Positions 38,300 to 48,424 of a stretch of DNA of 64,000 nucleotides are shown one piece after another. Position 1 is the stretch's first letter. Each line of letters starts with the position of its first letter. The notes beneath the pieces are model-generated. The model was not told the DNA's origin and made no database searches. It saw nothing but the letters and a program-made list of their open reading frames with translations. The position numbers and the translations under genes were made by a program. Origin of the DNA: Candidatus Hydrogenedentota bacterium (GTDB taxonomy: Bacteria > Hydrogenedentota > Hydrogenedentia > Hydrogenedentales > SLHB01); the NCBI GenBank assembly GCA_963745075.1, contig CAVUWV010000031.1:128001-192000 (forward strand). Reading direction: 5' to 3'.

Positions 38300-41185
38300 G
38301 TGTTCTGTAGTCACGGGAAGTATTCCGCCCCGGCGGCGATCGTCTGCCTTCACCTATGCTGTCTATCGGGCATGGGACAGCAGCCCGCGGCCCTGCCCGA
38401 TCGCATCCCCGATTCCATCAAGGTTTTTGTGCGTGACGGCCGCATGGTCCAGGTTACCGGCAGCGAGATTGCGGAATGTATCGCCAATGCGAACGTCACG
38501 GAGGAACCCGAGGAGGTCGAAGGCGCGGAAGTATTCACGCTTGGGGGTGCCGCAGACGGACGGGGCCGGGAAACGCCGGATACCGGCGCAATCGTCGGCA
38601 CGTGGGACACAACGGTTACGGCGGTCCCGTCCAAGGCCGAAACAGGATTCGAGGCCGCCGGAAGTTACTGCCTGAAAATCGCCACTCCGCAGACGGACCG
38701 GTCGAACGATTCCGGATTCTTCCATCCCTCGGCGCGGTTTGTGCTTCGGGCCAACACGCGGTACCGGATTTCGTGCCGCGTGTTTTGCAGGGAACAGCGA
38801 AACCAGTTCGTATTGGCCGTTGTCGGCGAAGATCGATTTCTCAGTTCGCCCCACAGCGGGCAGCTCTGGGCGCTCGATGTGGACAATTCCGGCGAGTATT
38901 TTCGCAACACCCCGGGCGAATGGACGCAATTCACCGGCATCATCACGACGCCGGACGAGGGCGACCGCGAGTGCCAGTTGTACATACACCACGATGGCGT
39001 CGTCCCGTTGACGTGGTACCTGGACGACATTTCCCTCGTGCCGTTGCAAGAGACGACGCAGCAAGTCGAGTACCGGGCCAAGACTCCGGAGGAAGCCGCT
39101 TTGTCGTTGGCGACACTCAACGCAAACCGGGTGAATCTATACAACGGCGGGTCAACGGTACCCATCCAAATTGACAACGTCGCGGCGGATGGGAGCTTTC
39201 TGCCCGAGTCGATCATCACATTTTGGGGCGATCCCCCGTCGTCGCGAGACGGTGGAAAGAATCTGTTTACACGCGAGAATACGTATGTTCTCCATTTCGG
39301 GTCCTCCGACCCGTTGCGGCGGTATCATTTGCAAGGTGATACGCCACCGCAGGAGCGTACCGCGGAGGTGCGGAGTTACAAACGGACGTTGCGCCTGGAA
39401 GAGGACAACCATCTTCAGTACTACCAGCAATACAAGGGCATGCCGACCGACCGTGTGATGTGGGCAACGTTCAAGGCGCCGCCGCGGAATTCTAAAACCG
39501 TCACCCTGCCCGCGATTGCAGACCTCTCGAAAGACACCCCCCACGTCGAGGCGCGTGTGTACCTGTGGGGTGGGAGCGATCTCCCCCAAGACCCGGATCA
39601 CCGTTGGGATCTTTCGCTCAACAAAGCGGAGTTGGGAACCGCGACGTGGGACGGCTACCATCACCAAATTGTAACGGGAGAGATCGCCCCGGCCTACGTC
39701 AAGTCCAACCAGCCCAACACCTTGACGTTTATCGAGTCGAATTCGGACTCGCGCGTCGACGTAATCTCTCTGGATTATGTAGAATTTGCCTATCGAGCCC
39801 GGTTGCTGCCACAAGAGGACTTTCTCGAGTTTTCGTTGGACGCGTCCGATACGGCGCGAATCGTTCGAACCGAACCGGGGTTCAGCGGTCCGGATCTTCG
39901 CGTATTCTTCCACGGCCAGAACGAGGAAGTTCGTCCCGAAACGAAGGCCGAAGGGCGCGGATACGCAACGGCATTTACGCTGCCGCCAGATGCCGACCGC
40001 TGCCGCGTCGTCGGAGCCAAGGGTTTCACTCATGCGGCCCGGCTTTCGGTCGGCTACCGGAGTCATTTGCGCAATTGGGACCGGTCACCGCAGTACCTGA
40101 TCATCGCGGATGCCACGTTCCTCGAGGCCTTACGCCCGCTGATCGCTCATCGTGTTGAGCAGGGTTTGGATACGCGCGTTGTCGATGTCGATGAAATCTA
40201 TGACGAATACAGCGACGGCGTGTTCGATCCGGTCGCGGTTCGGCTGTTCCTCGATGATCTGCTGGGCGACCGGGAGGGGGACCGGCCGCGGTTGCAGTAC
40301 GTGTGGCTGGTCGGCGACGCAACGTATGACTACATGGGAATCCGTCCGGGATCGCGGAATTACGTGCCGACCCATCACAGCACCGAGGCGACCATACTTC
40401 CAAACTACGCGCCGACGTTCGCTCAAGATGACTATTTTGCATTTGGGACGGAGGGGGGCGCGGTGCCGCTCGCTGCCATTGGACGCCTGCCGGCGAACCG
40501 GATCGAAACCGTCACGGCTTACGTCGAGAAGGTACTCGAATACGAGCGCCATGCTGCGCCCCCGGAACCGTGGCGGAAACGGGCGGTGCTTATCAGTTCG
40601 AAGGATTTCAATTGGTTCTCCCACGACACTGCGGAGAACATTCTGAAGGGGTGGTCGACGGTCGAACTCACGGGCACGGGCGACGCCGGGGGCGATATTC
40701 AGTTGCGGCATACGATTGTCGACACCATCGACGCCGGTTGCGGCGTCGTGACGTTTACGGGGCACGGCGCGTATTACGTTTGGCGAACCGGAGAAAACAT
40801 GAACGACCAGCGCACGGACATGATGACCGACCGGGACATCGCCCGCCTGACGAATCGCGGCAAATATCCTATCGTATTCACGGCCACGTGCTTCTCGGCC
40901 CTGTACGATGCGCCGATCCACGGGATGTCGCGCGTGGACTCGGGCGTAGGTATTTACTTTGTGCAAGCGCCGGGGAAAGGGGCCATTGCGCTCATTGGCC
41001 ATGTCGGGAAGGTCGACGTGGCCGACGCCCACCGGTTTAATCGTTTCATACTCAACGAGTTAGCAAATGGATCGGGGCCGAGACTCGGCGACCTCTTTCT
41101 CGCCGCTAAAGCCGCCTTTCCTCAAGATCGCTACAGCGGCATTGCTCTGATCGGAGATCCGGCGCTGGTCGTAACGGCGAGATAA
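38300..41185 (+). CDS. C25 family (gingipain-like) cysteine peptidase
   Basis: YLII...IYDEYS.G, LVGDA.YD, IGRLPA, catalytic FTGHG and TATCFS, C-terminal LIGDPAL; start uncertain. Confidence 0.82.
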   Translation: MFCSHGKYSAPAAIVCLHLCCLSGMGQQPAALPDRIPDSIKVFVRDGRMVQVTGSEIAECIANANVTEEPEEVEGAEVFTLGGAADGRGRETPDTGAIVGTWDTTVTAVPSKAETGFEAAGSYCLKIATPQTDRSNDSGFFHPSARFVLRANTRYRISCRVFCREQRNQFVLAVVGEDRFLSSPHSGQLWALDVDNSGEYFRNTPGEWTQFTGIITTPDEGDRECQLYIHHDGVVPLTWYLDDISLVPLQETTQQVEYRAKTPEEAALSLATLNANRVNLYNGGSTVPIQIDNVAADGSFLPESIITFWGDPPSSRDGGKNLFTRENTYVLHFGSSDPLRRYHLQGDTPPQERTAEVRSYKRTLRLEEDNHLQYYQQYKGMPTDRVMWATFKAPPRNSKTVTLPAIADLSKDTPHVEARVYLWGGSDLPQDPDHRWDLSLNKAELGTATWDGYHHQIVTGEIAPAYVKSNQPNTLTFIESNSDSRVDVISLDYVEFAYRARLLPQEDFLEFSLDASDTARIVRTEPGFSGPDLRVFFHGQNEEVRPETKAEGRGYATAFTLPPDADRCRVVGAKGFTHAARLSVGYRSHLRNWDRSPQYLIIADATFLEALRPLIAHRVEQGLDTRVVDVDEIYDEYSDGVFDPVAVRLFLDDLLGDREGDRPRLQYVWLVGDATYDYMGIRPGSRNYVPTHHSTEATILPNYAPTFAQDDYFAFGTEGGAVPLAAIGRLPANRIETVTAYVEKVLEYERHAAPPEPWRKRAVLISSKDFNWFSHDTAENILKGWSTVELTGTGDAGGDIQLRHTIVDTIDAGCGVVTFTGHGAYYVWRTGENMNDQRTDMMTDRDIARLTNRGKYPIVFTATCFSALYDAPIHGMSRVDSGVGIYFVQAPGKGAIALIGHVGKVDVADAHRFNRFILNELANGSGPRLGDLFLAAKAAFPQDRYSGIALIGDPALVVTAR

Positions 41186-41253
41186 TGCGTGATTTAGTGT
41201 GAAAACTATGATATAAACAGAAAAGGTGTCGCTACCCGGTCGAAGCGAATAAG

Positions 41254-43542
41254 ATGCATTTTTTCTGTTCGTTTCGGGCGGGCGAATTTTGGGAGTGTTT
41301 TAAGGGGTCAGTGGTGAACCAGTTTAGCGGGTTAGAACGGGGCGCACATTTCGGGAAGTACACAATCCTCGGGGAATTGGGCCGGGGCAGCATGGGAATC
41401 GTGTACCTCGTGGAAGATTCCGGATTGCATCGCGAGGTGGCCCTGAAAGTCTTGAGCGATTCCCTCAGTCGCGATTTCGGATTTCGCCAACGATTCCAAC
41501 TGGAAGCGCGCTCCGTAGCGGGCCTCGCTCACCCCAATATCGTCCGCGTTCATGCATTTGAGTCGCTTAACGGATTGCTGGCGATCGAGATGGAATTGGT
41601 CGATGGCGGGAGCATGGCCGACATCATGGTGTCCAAGGGGCTCACTGTCGGTGAAGTCGCCCGGTTGTCGCACCAAATCCTGGACGCGCTGGATTGCTGT
41701 CACCAGGAGGGCTTGGTCCACCGGGACATCAAACCGACGAATATCCTAATCGACCGGTACGGTAACGCAAAGCTGACGGATTTTGGACTGGCGAAGATTC
41801 TCGAAGGGCATCTCGAGATGTCCATGCGCGGCACCGGCTCGTCGGTGTTCTTTATGGGAACCCCCCGGTACGCACCCCCCGAAGCATGGGATTCCGCGGA
41901 GGCAACGGCTTCTTGGGACCTCTATTCGTTGGGGATGGTCATGTATCAAGCGGTCGCGGGTCATACCCCGTATGAAGCGGCAACCCCGATGGCGCTTGTC
42001 AAAGAAATGGCGACCCGACGCGTGGTTCCGCTGCAAGAAATCGCGCCACAAGTCTCGCCGGAATTCGCTCAACTCGTTGGCAGCATGACCGCGCACGAGC
42101 CGGGACAACGGCCCGAGTCGGCCCGCGCGGCCCTGGAGATGCTTCGCAAAGCACCGGAAATGAGCCACCCCCTGGACACGCGTGCGCCAACCATCGTCGC
42201 GCGGCGGGAGCGACCGAATTCGTATATCGGAACGTTTGTCAAACGGGCGCGCAAGCTGCGGTTGCGGTCGTACCATGGATTCCTTGCGGGAATCCTGATT
42301 ACGCTGTTCCTCGTGGCCTGGCTGGTCCCCCACGTCGAACGCGCCAGCACGAAGGGCGCCACGCCCGGTGTCCTCTCGACCCCTTCGGCGAAACCGGTCG
42401 CGGGGGAAACTCAGATGGGCAGATTCTGGAAGACGATGCCCGATGCGGATACGCTGCCGACCTTGGCAAAGTTTGACAAGGAGTCGGCACGGATCTACGA
42501 CGTGTGGCGCCAAGATGCCGATAAAACCTATCCAGGCGCCCTTCTGACGTTGCCCGATTCGGCCGACGAGAATGTCCTGCAAGGATATGCCGCCTTCGAG
42601 GGAACGATTTGGGGGCTGCGTCTTTCGCCGCACGAGGATTCACTGAGCGTCGAAGGGGGTTGGGCGTCGTATGAGGGTCCGACCGGAAGTGCGCTCCGCA
42701 TCGGTGGGATTCACGGAAGCGCTCGATGGTTGGTGCCGCGCAGGTCACTCTTGCTGGCGCTGGAGTTCGCGGATGAGCAGACGAACGCGACGTGGAGGGA
42801 ATCCGTCTCCGCCACCGAAACCGCCCCGCCGTGTACGGATACGCGGTTTCTGCTGGATTTCGAAGCAATGCCGATGCAGCAGCCGCTGCTGTACAACGAA
42901 CTTTTACCGCGACGTTTGGACTGGGCATTGGCTCTGGAGTCGCTGTTTCCCGCGATTGAAGGGGCCCGCACGAGAGTTCCGCGCGTCGCGGCGTCGGACG
43001 CAGCGGTCACCATCGACGGTGTGCCGGACGAACCGGTATGGGATCGCAGATTTTCGGACCAACAAGGCACGATCGGCGTTTTGCGCGGCTTGCCCGGGGT
43101 TAGCAGGGCACGCATGATCCTGCGCGCCACGGAAACCGCTCTCGTAATCTGTATTCTTGTACCCCACGATGCAACCCCCAGCGACCAAGTCTCGTTGGCG
43201 TTATGCAAGGGATTCGCCATGCCCAAATCGGAAACGAGGTGGTGGCGCGCCACGTACGACCAGAACAGCGGGGTGGTGGCCGATTGTCTGGTCGCAGGAC
43301 GCGTGCAACCTTGGTCGTGCACGTGGGAACTGGCATCCGGCGCAAACGCGGGAATGTGGTGCGTCGAGATGAAGATCCCGTTTGCCAGCCTGGGAGACGG
43401 ACACCCGCCCGATGGGGGCGACGATTGGCACTTGAATTGTGTGGCGCGGCACATTGAGAATCCAGCCCACCCAGTACCGGTGGCCGTCTGGGGATATCCC
43501 GTGTTGGAACAGCTCGAGCACGGAGTCATCCTGGAATTCTGA
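41254..43542 (+). CDS. Transmembrane Ser/Thr kinase with a C-terminal CBM9-like domain
   Basis: GRGSMG, HRDIKPTN, DFG, GTPRY; TM FLAGILITLFLVAWLV; TIDG..DEPVW...EMKIPFASLG. The start may be ~41313. Confidence 0.85.
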   Translation: MHFFCSFRAGEFWECFKGSVVNQFSGLERGAHFGKYTILGELGRGSMGIVYLVEDSGLHREVALKVLSDSLSRDFGFRQRFQLEARSVAGLAHPNIVRVHAFESLNGLLAIEMELVDGGSMADIMVSKGLTVGEVARLSHQILDALDCCHQEGLVHRDIKPTNILIDRYGNAKLTDFGLAKILEGHLEMSMRGTGSSVFFMGTPRYAPPEAWDSAEATASWDLYSLGMVMYQAVAGHTPYEAATPMALVKEMATRRVVPLQEIAPQVSPEFAQLVGSMTAHEPGQRPESARAALEMLRKAPEMSHPLDTRAPTIVARRERPNSYIGTFVKRARKLRLRSYHGFLAGILITLFLVAWLVPHVERASTKGATPGVLSTPSAKPVAGETQMGRFWKTMPDADTLPTLAKFDKESARIYDVWRQDADKTYPGALLTLPDSADENVLQGYAAFEGTIWGLRLSPHEDSLSVEGGWASYEGPTGSALRIGGIHGSARWLVPRRSLLLALEFADEQTNATWRESVSATETAPPCTDTRFLLDFEAMPMQQPLLYNELLPRRLDWALALESLFPAIEGARTRVPRVAASDAAVTIDGVPDEPVWDRRFSDQQGTIGVLRGLPGVSRARMILRATETALVICILVPHDATPSDQVSLALCKGFAMPKSETRWWRATYDQNSGVVADCLVAGRVQPWSCTWELASGANAGMWCVEMKIPFASLGDGHPPDGGDDWHLNCVARHIENPAHPVPVAVWGYPVLEQLEHGVILEF

Positions 43543-43581
43543 ACCGCGACCTACGGGAGGCAATGAGTTCTGTACCAGCTA

Positions 43582-45393
43582 GTGGCAAAATCCGGTATCA
43601 CGAAGGGCGTATCGTGGCCCCTTGCCGACAAACCGATCAGCATCGGGCGAGACCCCGGTTGCGACATCAGCATTCTGGACGGCCACGTATCGCGGCATCA
43701 CTGTCAAATCGAAGCCGTAGGGGATGGGATCTTCCTGACCGATTTGGGAAGCCGCAACACCACGATCGTCAATGGGAAGCCCGTGACACGCTGCGACCTT
43801 CGGCCGGGCGATGAAATCGCGGTCGGCAACGTGCGATTGCTGGTGGCGGAGGTTGGAACGCCCGAAGCCGACAAACTCGAGGGAAGCCAACCTGGCTCCA
43901 CCGTGTCGATTCGGCAATCCTCGGGGTTCTACGTCCGTGGCAAGCGAGCGGACTTTCTGGCGTCGGGCAGAACGCATACGATTTACGATCTTGCCGACCT
44001 CTATTCCATTTCCCGCACGATGTGGACGGCCGCGAGCCGCGAGGAATTAATTGAACGAGCGGGCGAATGGCTGGTGGATCGGTTTTCCCCCAGCATCATC
44101 TGGTTGGTCACAGGAGCGGGCGGTGCGCTCGATATCCAAGAAACGTATTGCGTGCCGAACCGGAAGAAACAGCAACCGCCTCGGGAGCATTGCGAACGTG
44201 CGATCCAGACCGGCGACGGGTTGTTGGTTCCGTTGGGAAAGATTACGTCGCACGCCGAGCCGCCGGAGACGCTTTTGGTGGTGCCGTTGGTCGTCGGTCC
44301 GGAGACGGTCGGCGCAGTCGCGATTCAGTCCGATCGGGGCCGAAGCGCGTATGATGAGGCCGATCTGGAACTGCTTTTGGCGGTAGGGTGTGTAGCCGCG
44401 CCGTGGGTTCACGCGATGGCGACCATTGAATCGCTAAAAGAGGAGACGAGCCGCTTGCGCCGGGTTCGGCCGGAATCCCCGGTGCTCATCGGGTCGGGCC
44501 GTGTCATGGAGGATGTCCGGGGCGCCATTCATAATGCGGCACAATGCGACCTGAACGTTCTGATCCTGGGGGAAACGGGTTCGGGCAAAGATATTGCCGC
44601 ACGGTTGGTTCACGACCTGGGCGCCCGTCGAAAAGCTCCATTTGTTGCAGTGAATTGTGCCGCCATTCCCAGAGAACTTTTCGAAAGCGAACTCTTCGGG
44701 TACGAGCGAGGCGCGTTTACCGGGGCGGTCCGGAGCAAGAAGGGTCTCTTGGACGAGTGCAGTGGCGGGACGCTGTTTCTGGACGAGATCGGAGATTTGA
44801 GTTCGGAGAACCAGGCCCGGTTGCTTCGCGCGATCGAAACGCACGCGTTCCGGAGATTGGGAGGGTCGGAGGAGCATCATGTCGACTTCAGGGTCGTCTC
44901 CGCGACCAATCGTTCGCTCACCCGATCCATCGCGGAGAATTCATTTCGATCGGATCTGTACTATCGGTTAAATGCTATCGAAATTGCGATGCCGCCGCTT
45001 CGCGAGCATCTCTCGGACATACCGGAACTGGTCGACCATTTTCTGCATCTGGCGCGGTTGCGTGTCAAACGTCCGCTGAAAGGCATCACGCCCGAGGCGC
45101 TTGAGGTTCTGCAGAAACGGGGCTGGCCGGGCAATATTCGCGAGTTACGGACTGCCGTCGAACGCGCGGCTGCAATCGCACAAGATGATATGGTGCGTCC
45201 GGAGGACTTTGCGGAGTCGCCCCGATTCTATGACCAGCGGTCATTCCCTACATTGAGTGAATTGGAACGGAGCCACATTCTCGAAGCAATTGACAAGGCG
45301 CAGGGAAACATGACGGAGGCTGCGCGCCTTCTTGGAATCGGACGCACGACATTGTATGACAAGCTTTCCCGCTACAACCTGCGAACGCCTTAG
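43582..45393 (+). CDS. FHA-GAF-sigma54 enhancer-binding protein (Fis-type HTH)
   Basis: FHA (IGR...VSRHH...DLGSRN), GETGSGKD, ESELFG..RGAFTGA, LFLDEIG, WPGNIREL and AARLLGIGRTTLY. Confidence 0.93.
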   Translation: MAKSGITKGVSWPLADKPISIGRDPGCDISILDGHVSRHHCQIEAVGDGIFLTDLGSRNTTIVNGKPVTRCDLRPGDEIAVGNVRLLVAEVGTPEADKLEGSQPGSTVSIRQSSGFYVRGKRADFLASGRTHTIYDLADLYSISRTMWTAASREELIERAGEWLVDRFSPSIIWLVTGAGGALDIQETYCVPNRKKQQPPREHCERAIQTGDGLLVPLGKITSHAEPPETLLVVPLVVGPETVGAVAIQSDRGRSAYDEADLELLLAVGCVAAPWVHAMATIESLKEETSRLRRVRPESPVLIGSGRVMEDVRGAIHNAAQCDLNVLILGETGSGKDIAARLVHDLGARRKAPFVAVNCAAIPRELFESELFGYERGAFTGAVRSKKGLLDECSGGTLFLDEIGDLSSENQARLLRAIETHAFRRLGGSEEHHVDFRVVSATNRSLTRSIAENSFRSDLYYRLNAIEIAMPPLREHLSDIPELVDHFLHLARLRVKRPLKGITPEALEVLQKRGWPGNIRELRTAVERAAAIAQDDMVRPEDFAESPRFYDQRSFPTLSELERSHILEAIDKAQGNMTEAARLLGIGRTTLYDKLSRYNLRTP

Positions 45394-47611
45394 CTCGGGC
45401 GCAAGCCTGCGGACTCGGATCGCATACGCGATATTCGTTGCGGCCTGGTTCCCGGGATCCGCCGTTGCGCAGGCGCCCCCATCCGCCACGTCGATGGGAG
45501 TCCCCCAGGTGTCCGTCAATGCAGGATCGGACCCCGACGGACTGGTGCAAGCGGGCCGCTATGTCTATTTTACGGCCGACGATGGCATCCACGGCCGTGA
45601 ATTGTGGCGAACCGACGCGACGCCCGAGGGAACGGTGCTTGTCTGCGATATCTGGGAAGGACCTAACGGCTCGGATCCGGTGAACCTGAGGGCGGTGGGC
45701 GATTCTGTATTCTTTTGTGCGAATAGCCAAAACCGTGTAAAGCCGACAACATTCTGGGTTTCGCAGGGTACGGCAGAGACCACACATTCGGTCGTGGCCG
45801 CCAACGGCCGTATCGAGATCGACCGACGGTTTTCCCATCGCGGGCTAGGATTTGCCAATTCGACCTTTTATTTCGCGGGTCCGGCACCGGCGCCGCACAA
45901 CTCCTGGCTGTGGTCGTGTGACGCGATGGGAGACGATGCGATCATGTTTCCCTTGCCAACGGAAAGCGAGGGTCCCGTGCGCATCGGCCAATTGCTGGCC
46001 AGCGAACACCGTGTTTACGTATGGGGTTCGTACAACGCCTGGCTTGAACGGGTCCGGCCCGTGGAAATGCTCTGGGCGTGGAATACATCGACGTCGAAAA
46101 TGACGGCAGCTAATCTGGGGTTCAACTTCATGAGTGAAATCATGGGCGCGGTGGGCGACAACGTCCTCATGCGGGTCCGAGATGCGAAGTCCGAATACGG
46201 GTACGAGCTTTGGATATCCGATGGCACGCAGGATGGCACCCATTTGCTTGTCGATATCGATCCCGGTCCAGAGGACGGAATAGCGGTTCCCTTCGACCGG
46301 GTTTCTACCGGGGATCGCCTCTATTTTCGTGCCGACGACGGCAAGACGGGGTCGGAACTTTGGATTTCGGATGGGACGGTGGAAGGAACCCATTTGGTCA
46401 AAGACATCAATCCCGGAACGGAGAACTCCAATCCGGGCATCTTCGCAGTCGCGAACGGGCACGTGTTCTTTCAGAGTGATGACGGGAGGTCCGGCGAGGA
46501 ACTCTGGGTAACTGACGGTACATCGGAAGGTACTCAGCTCGTGCGGGATATCGACCCGGGACTCCCCGGATCAAAACCATTTGCGCTTCAGGGAGCGGGC
46601 GGCCGAATGTATTTCACCGGTGAGGACTCTCTCCATGGAGGCGAGCTGTGGGTGAGCGACGGCACCCAGCAAGGAACCCAACTGGTGAAGGATATTGTGC
46701 CGGGACGAGACGGCTCGTGGCCCCGATATAAAGCGCCACTCGGGGATAAACTAGTCTTCACCGCCAACGATGGCATTCACGGAACAGAGATTTGGGTCAC
46801 CGACGGCACCGAGGACGGGACTTTTCAGTTGAAAGACATCAACAAGCCCCGGGGCCCGAACCCCTCTTCCGATCCGCAATTCTTGACTGCGGTGGGCGAT
46901 CGGGTGTTTTTCGTTGTCAGCGACGCCACCCATGGCGCCGAACTGTGGCGGAGCGACGGATCTCCTCAGGGAACATTCCTGGTGAAAGATATCTTTCCCG
47001 GTCCGCCGAGTTCGCGGCCGTCGGAACTAACGGCATTTGCGGGGCGTTTGTTTTTCCAGGCAGAAGACGGAACCCACGGACTGGAGTTATGGGTAAGCGA
47101 CGGAACGGCTGACGGCACGTATATGTTGGCGGATATCGACCAAGGCGCTCCATCGTCCAGCCCCCACGACTTCGTATTAGGCACCGCGGACGTGCTCGTA
47201 TTTGCCGCGAAACGGCGCGATATCGGGACCTCCCTGTTTACGCTGTCGCGCGATAACACGACGCCGGTACCGATCGGAGAAATCACAGACGATCCGCGTG
47301 GTTACGACCCAAGCAATCTGACGCCCGGTTTCATCGAAGGGGTCGGACCCTGCGTGTACTTCGTGGCAAACGATCGGATTCGTGGCAGAGAGCTTTGGTT
47401 CACCGACCTGACGAATTCCCCCGTCCTGGTTCGTGACATCCTGTCGAATCGAGAGGCTGGGTCGGATCCCGATCAGTTGACCGCCAGCGGCCATTCCTTG
47501 TTCTTCAGTGCCGAGGACGGTCTTCACGGTCGCGAACTCTTCAAGACGGACGGAAACGCCGAGTCCACGGACATGGTTCAGGATTTGCGGCCACCGCCTG
47601 GCGGGGAGTAG
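45332..47611 (+). CDS. Secreted ELWxxDGT-repeat protein
   Basis: About ten G.ELW.(S/T)DGT..GT.LV.DI.PG repeats; signal-like segment after 45400; start uncertain. Confidence 0.88.
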   Translation: MESDARHCMTSFPATTCERLSSGASLRTRIAYAIFVAAWFPGSAVAQAPPSATSMGVPQVSVNAGSDPDGLVQAGRYVYFTADDGIHGRELWRTDATPEGTVLVCDIWEGPNGSDPVNLRAVGDSVFFCANSQNRVKPTTFWVSQGTAETTHSVVAANGRIEIDRRFSHRGLGFANSTFYFAGPAPAPHNSWLWSCDAMGDDAIMFPLPTESEGPVRIGQLLASEHRVYVWGSYNAWLERVRPVEMLWAWNTSTSKMTAANLGFNFMSEIMGAVGDNVLMRVRDAKSEYGYELWISDGTQDGTHLLVDIDPGPEDGIAVPFDRVSTGDRLYFRADDGKTGSELWISDGTVEGTHLVKDINPGTENSNPGIFAVANGHVFFQSDDGRSGEELWVTDGTSEGTQLVRDIDPGLPGSKPFALQGAGGRMYFTGEDSLHGGELWVSDGTQQGTQLVKDIVPGRDGSWPRYKAPLGDKLVFTANDGIHGTEIWVTDGTEDGTFQLKDINKPRGPNPSSDPQFLTAVGDRVFFVVSDATHGAELWRSDGSPQGTFLVKDIFPGPPSSRPSELTAFAGRLFFQAEDGTHGLELWVSDGTADGTYMLADIDQGAPSSSPHDFVLGTADVLVFAAKRRDIGTSLFTLSRDNTTPVPIGEITDDPRGYDPSNLTPGFIEGVGPCVYFVANDRIRGRELWFTDLTNSPVLVRDILSNREAGSDPDQLTASGHSLFFSAEDGLHGRELFKTDGNAESTDMVQDLRPPPGGE

Positions 47612-47665
47612 GCTCGAGATTCCCCGGCTCACGCCGGTTGGCTGGGGGGCGGATACTGTAACGCA

Positions 47666-47825
47666 TGTTCGGAATCCGTACAACACTATTCCGCACTTGA
47701 ACAGAAATCCCAGCAGGACGAGGCTTCCTCCCCTCTCGGAGATACGAAAGTCCATCAAAAGCCAGTATCTTTTACCAGATACCTTCGCTTCGCAGTTTCA
47801 ACGCATAGTTGGCATGCAACCTGCT
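47666..47825 (+). promoter_or_regulatory. sigma54 promoter with upstream activator-like sites
   Basis: TTGGCATGCAACCTGCT at 47809-47825; near-palindrome TGTTCGGAATCCGTACA at 47666-47682 and a weaker copy at 47687-47703. Confidence 0.55.
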
Positions 47826-47835
47826 TTATTAGAGG

Positions 47836-47970
47836 GCAGGTGACGCAGGGTTAACCGACACCCAAGAACGCGCATCGTACAACGGCATCAACAGCCGACC
47901 AGCCTTGCGTCATTGATTGCCTGGAGGGCAGGGCGAGAGTGACCCCCTCTCGTCCTGCCCACTCAGGCGC
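47836..47970 (+). ncRNA. Candidate sigma54-dependent structured RNA
   Basis: Stems 47841-47852/47901-47912 and 47926-47939/47947-47960 immediately after the predicted TSS. Confidence 0.4.
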
Positions 47971-48025
47971 CTCGATAGCGACCCGGACCAGGCTGGGCCG
48001 CGAACCAGCAGGGAGCAAGCGAACG

Positions 48026-48211
48026 ATGTTCGTGATCGTTCAGGTCGATATCCAACGTGACCAGCCGGTTCGTGTGATTCCTGTCAAGTACTCCGTTGAA
48101 TCCGAGGCGCAAGCCCACGCGGAGGTGCTTACCTCTCGTGCTGGACGGCATCGGTACGTTGTACGCACATTTTCCGAACCGTCGCCGGTTGCCGCCTCCC
48201 CTGCCCGCTGA
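48026..48211 (+). CDS. Small hypothetical protein (61 aa)
   Basis: GGGAG RBS, then MFVIVQVDIQRDQPVRVIPVKYS... Confidence 0.45.
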   Translation: MFVIVQVDIQRDQPVRVIPVKYSVESEAQAHAEVLTSRAGRHRYVVRTFSEPSPVAASPAR

Positions 48212-48264
48212 TACGTTTCGCGCCCCCCCAATAGCGAAGCACACGGGCGATTAATAGCAAGCGC

Positions 48265-48296
48265 AAGTCATCCATCGCAAAAGTCATCCATCGCAA
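48265..48296. repeat. Perfect 16-bp tandem repeat
   Basis: AAGTCATCCATCGCAA twice. Confidence 0.85.
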
Positions 48297-48424
48297 GTTG
48301 TGCATTCCGTTTTCGTTGGTTATGATTGGACCTTCCGTCGCCGCCGAGGTCTATTGGGGTCACTTCCACGGCCGGCGGTGCGTACCCAGGCTTCGAGCCA
48401 TTACACGTAGACGAGGGGGTCGAA

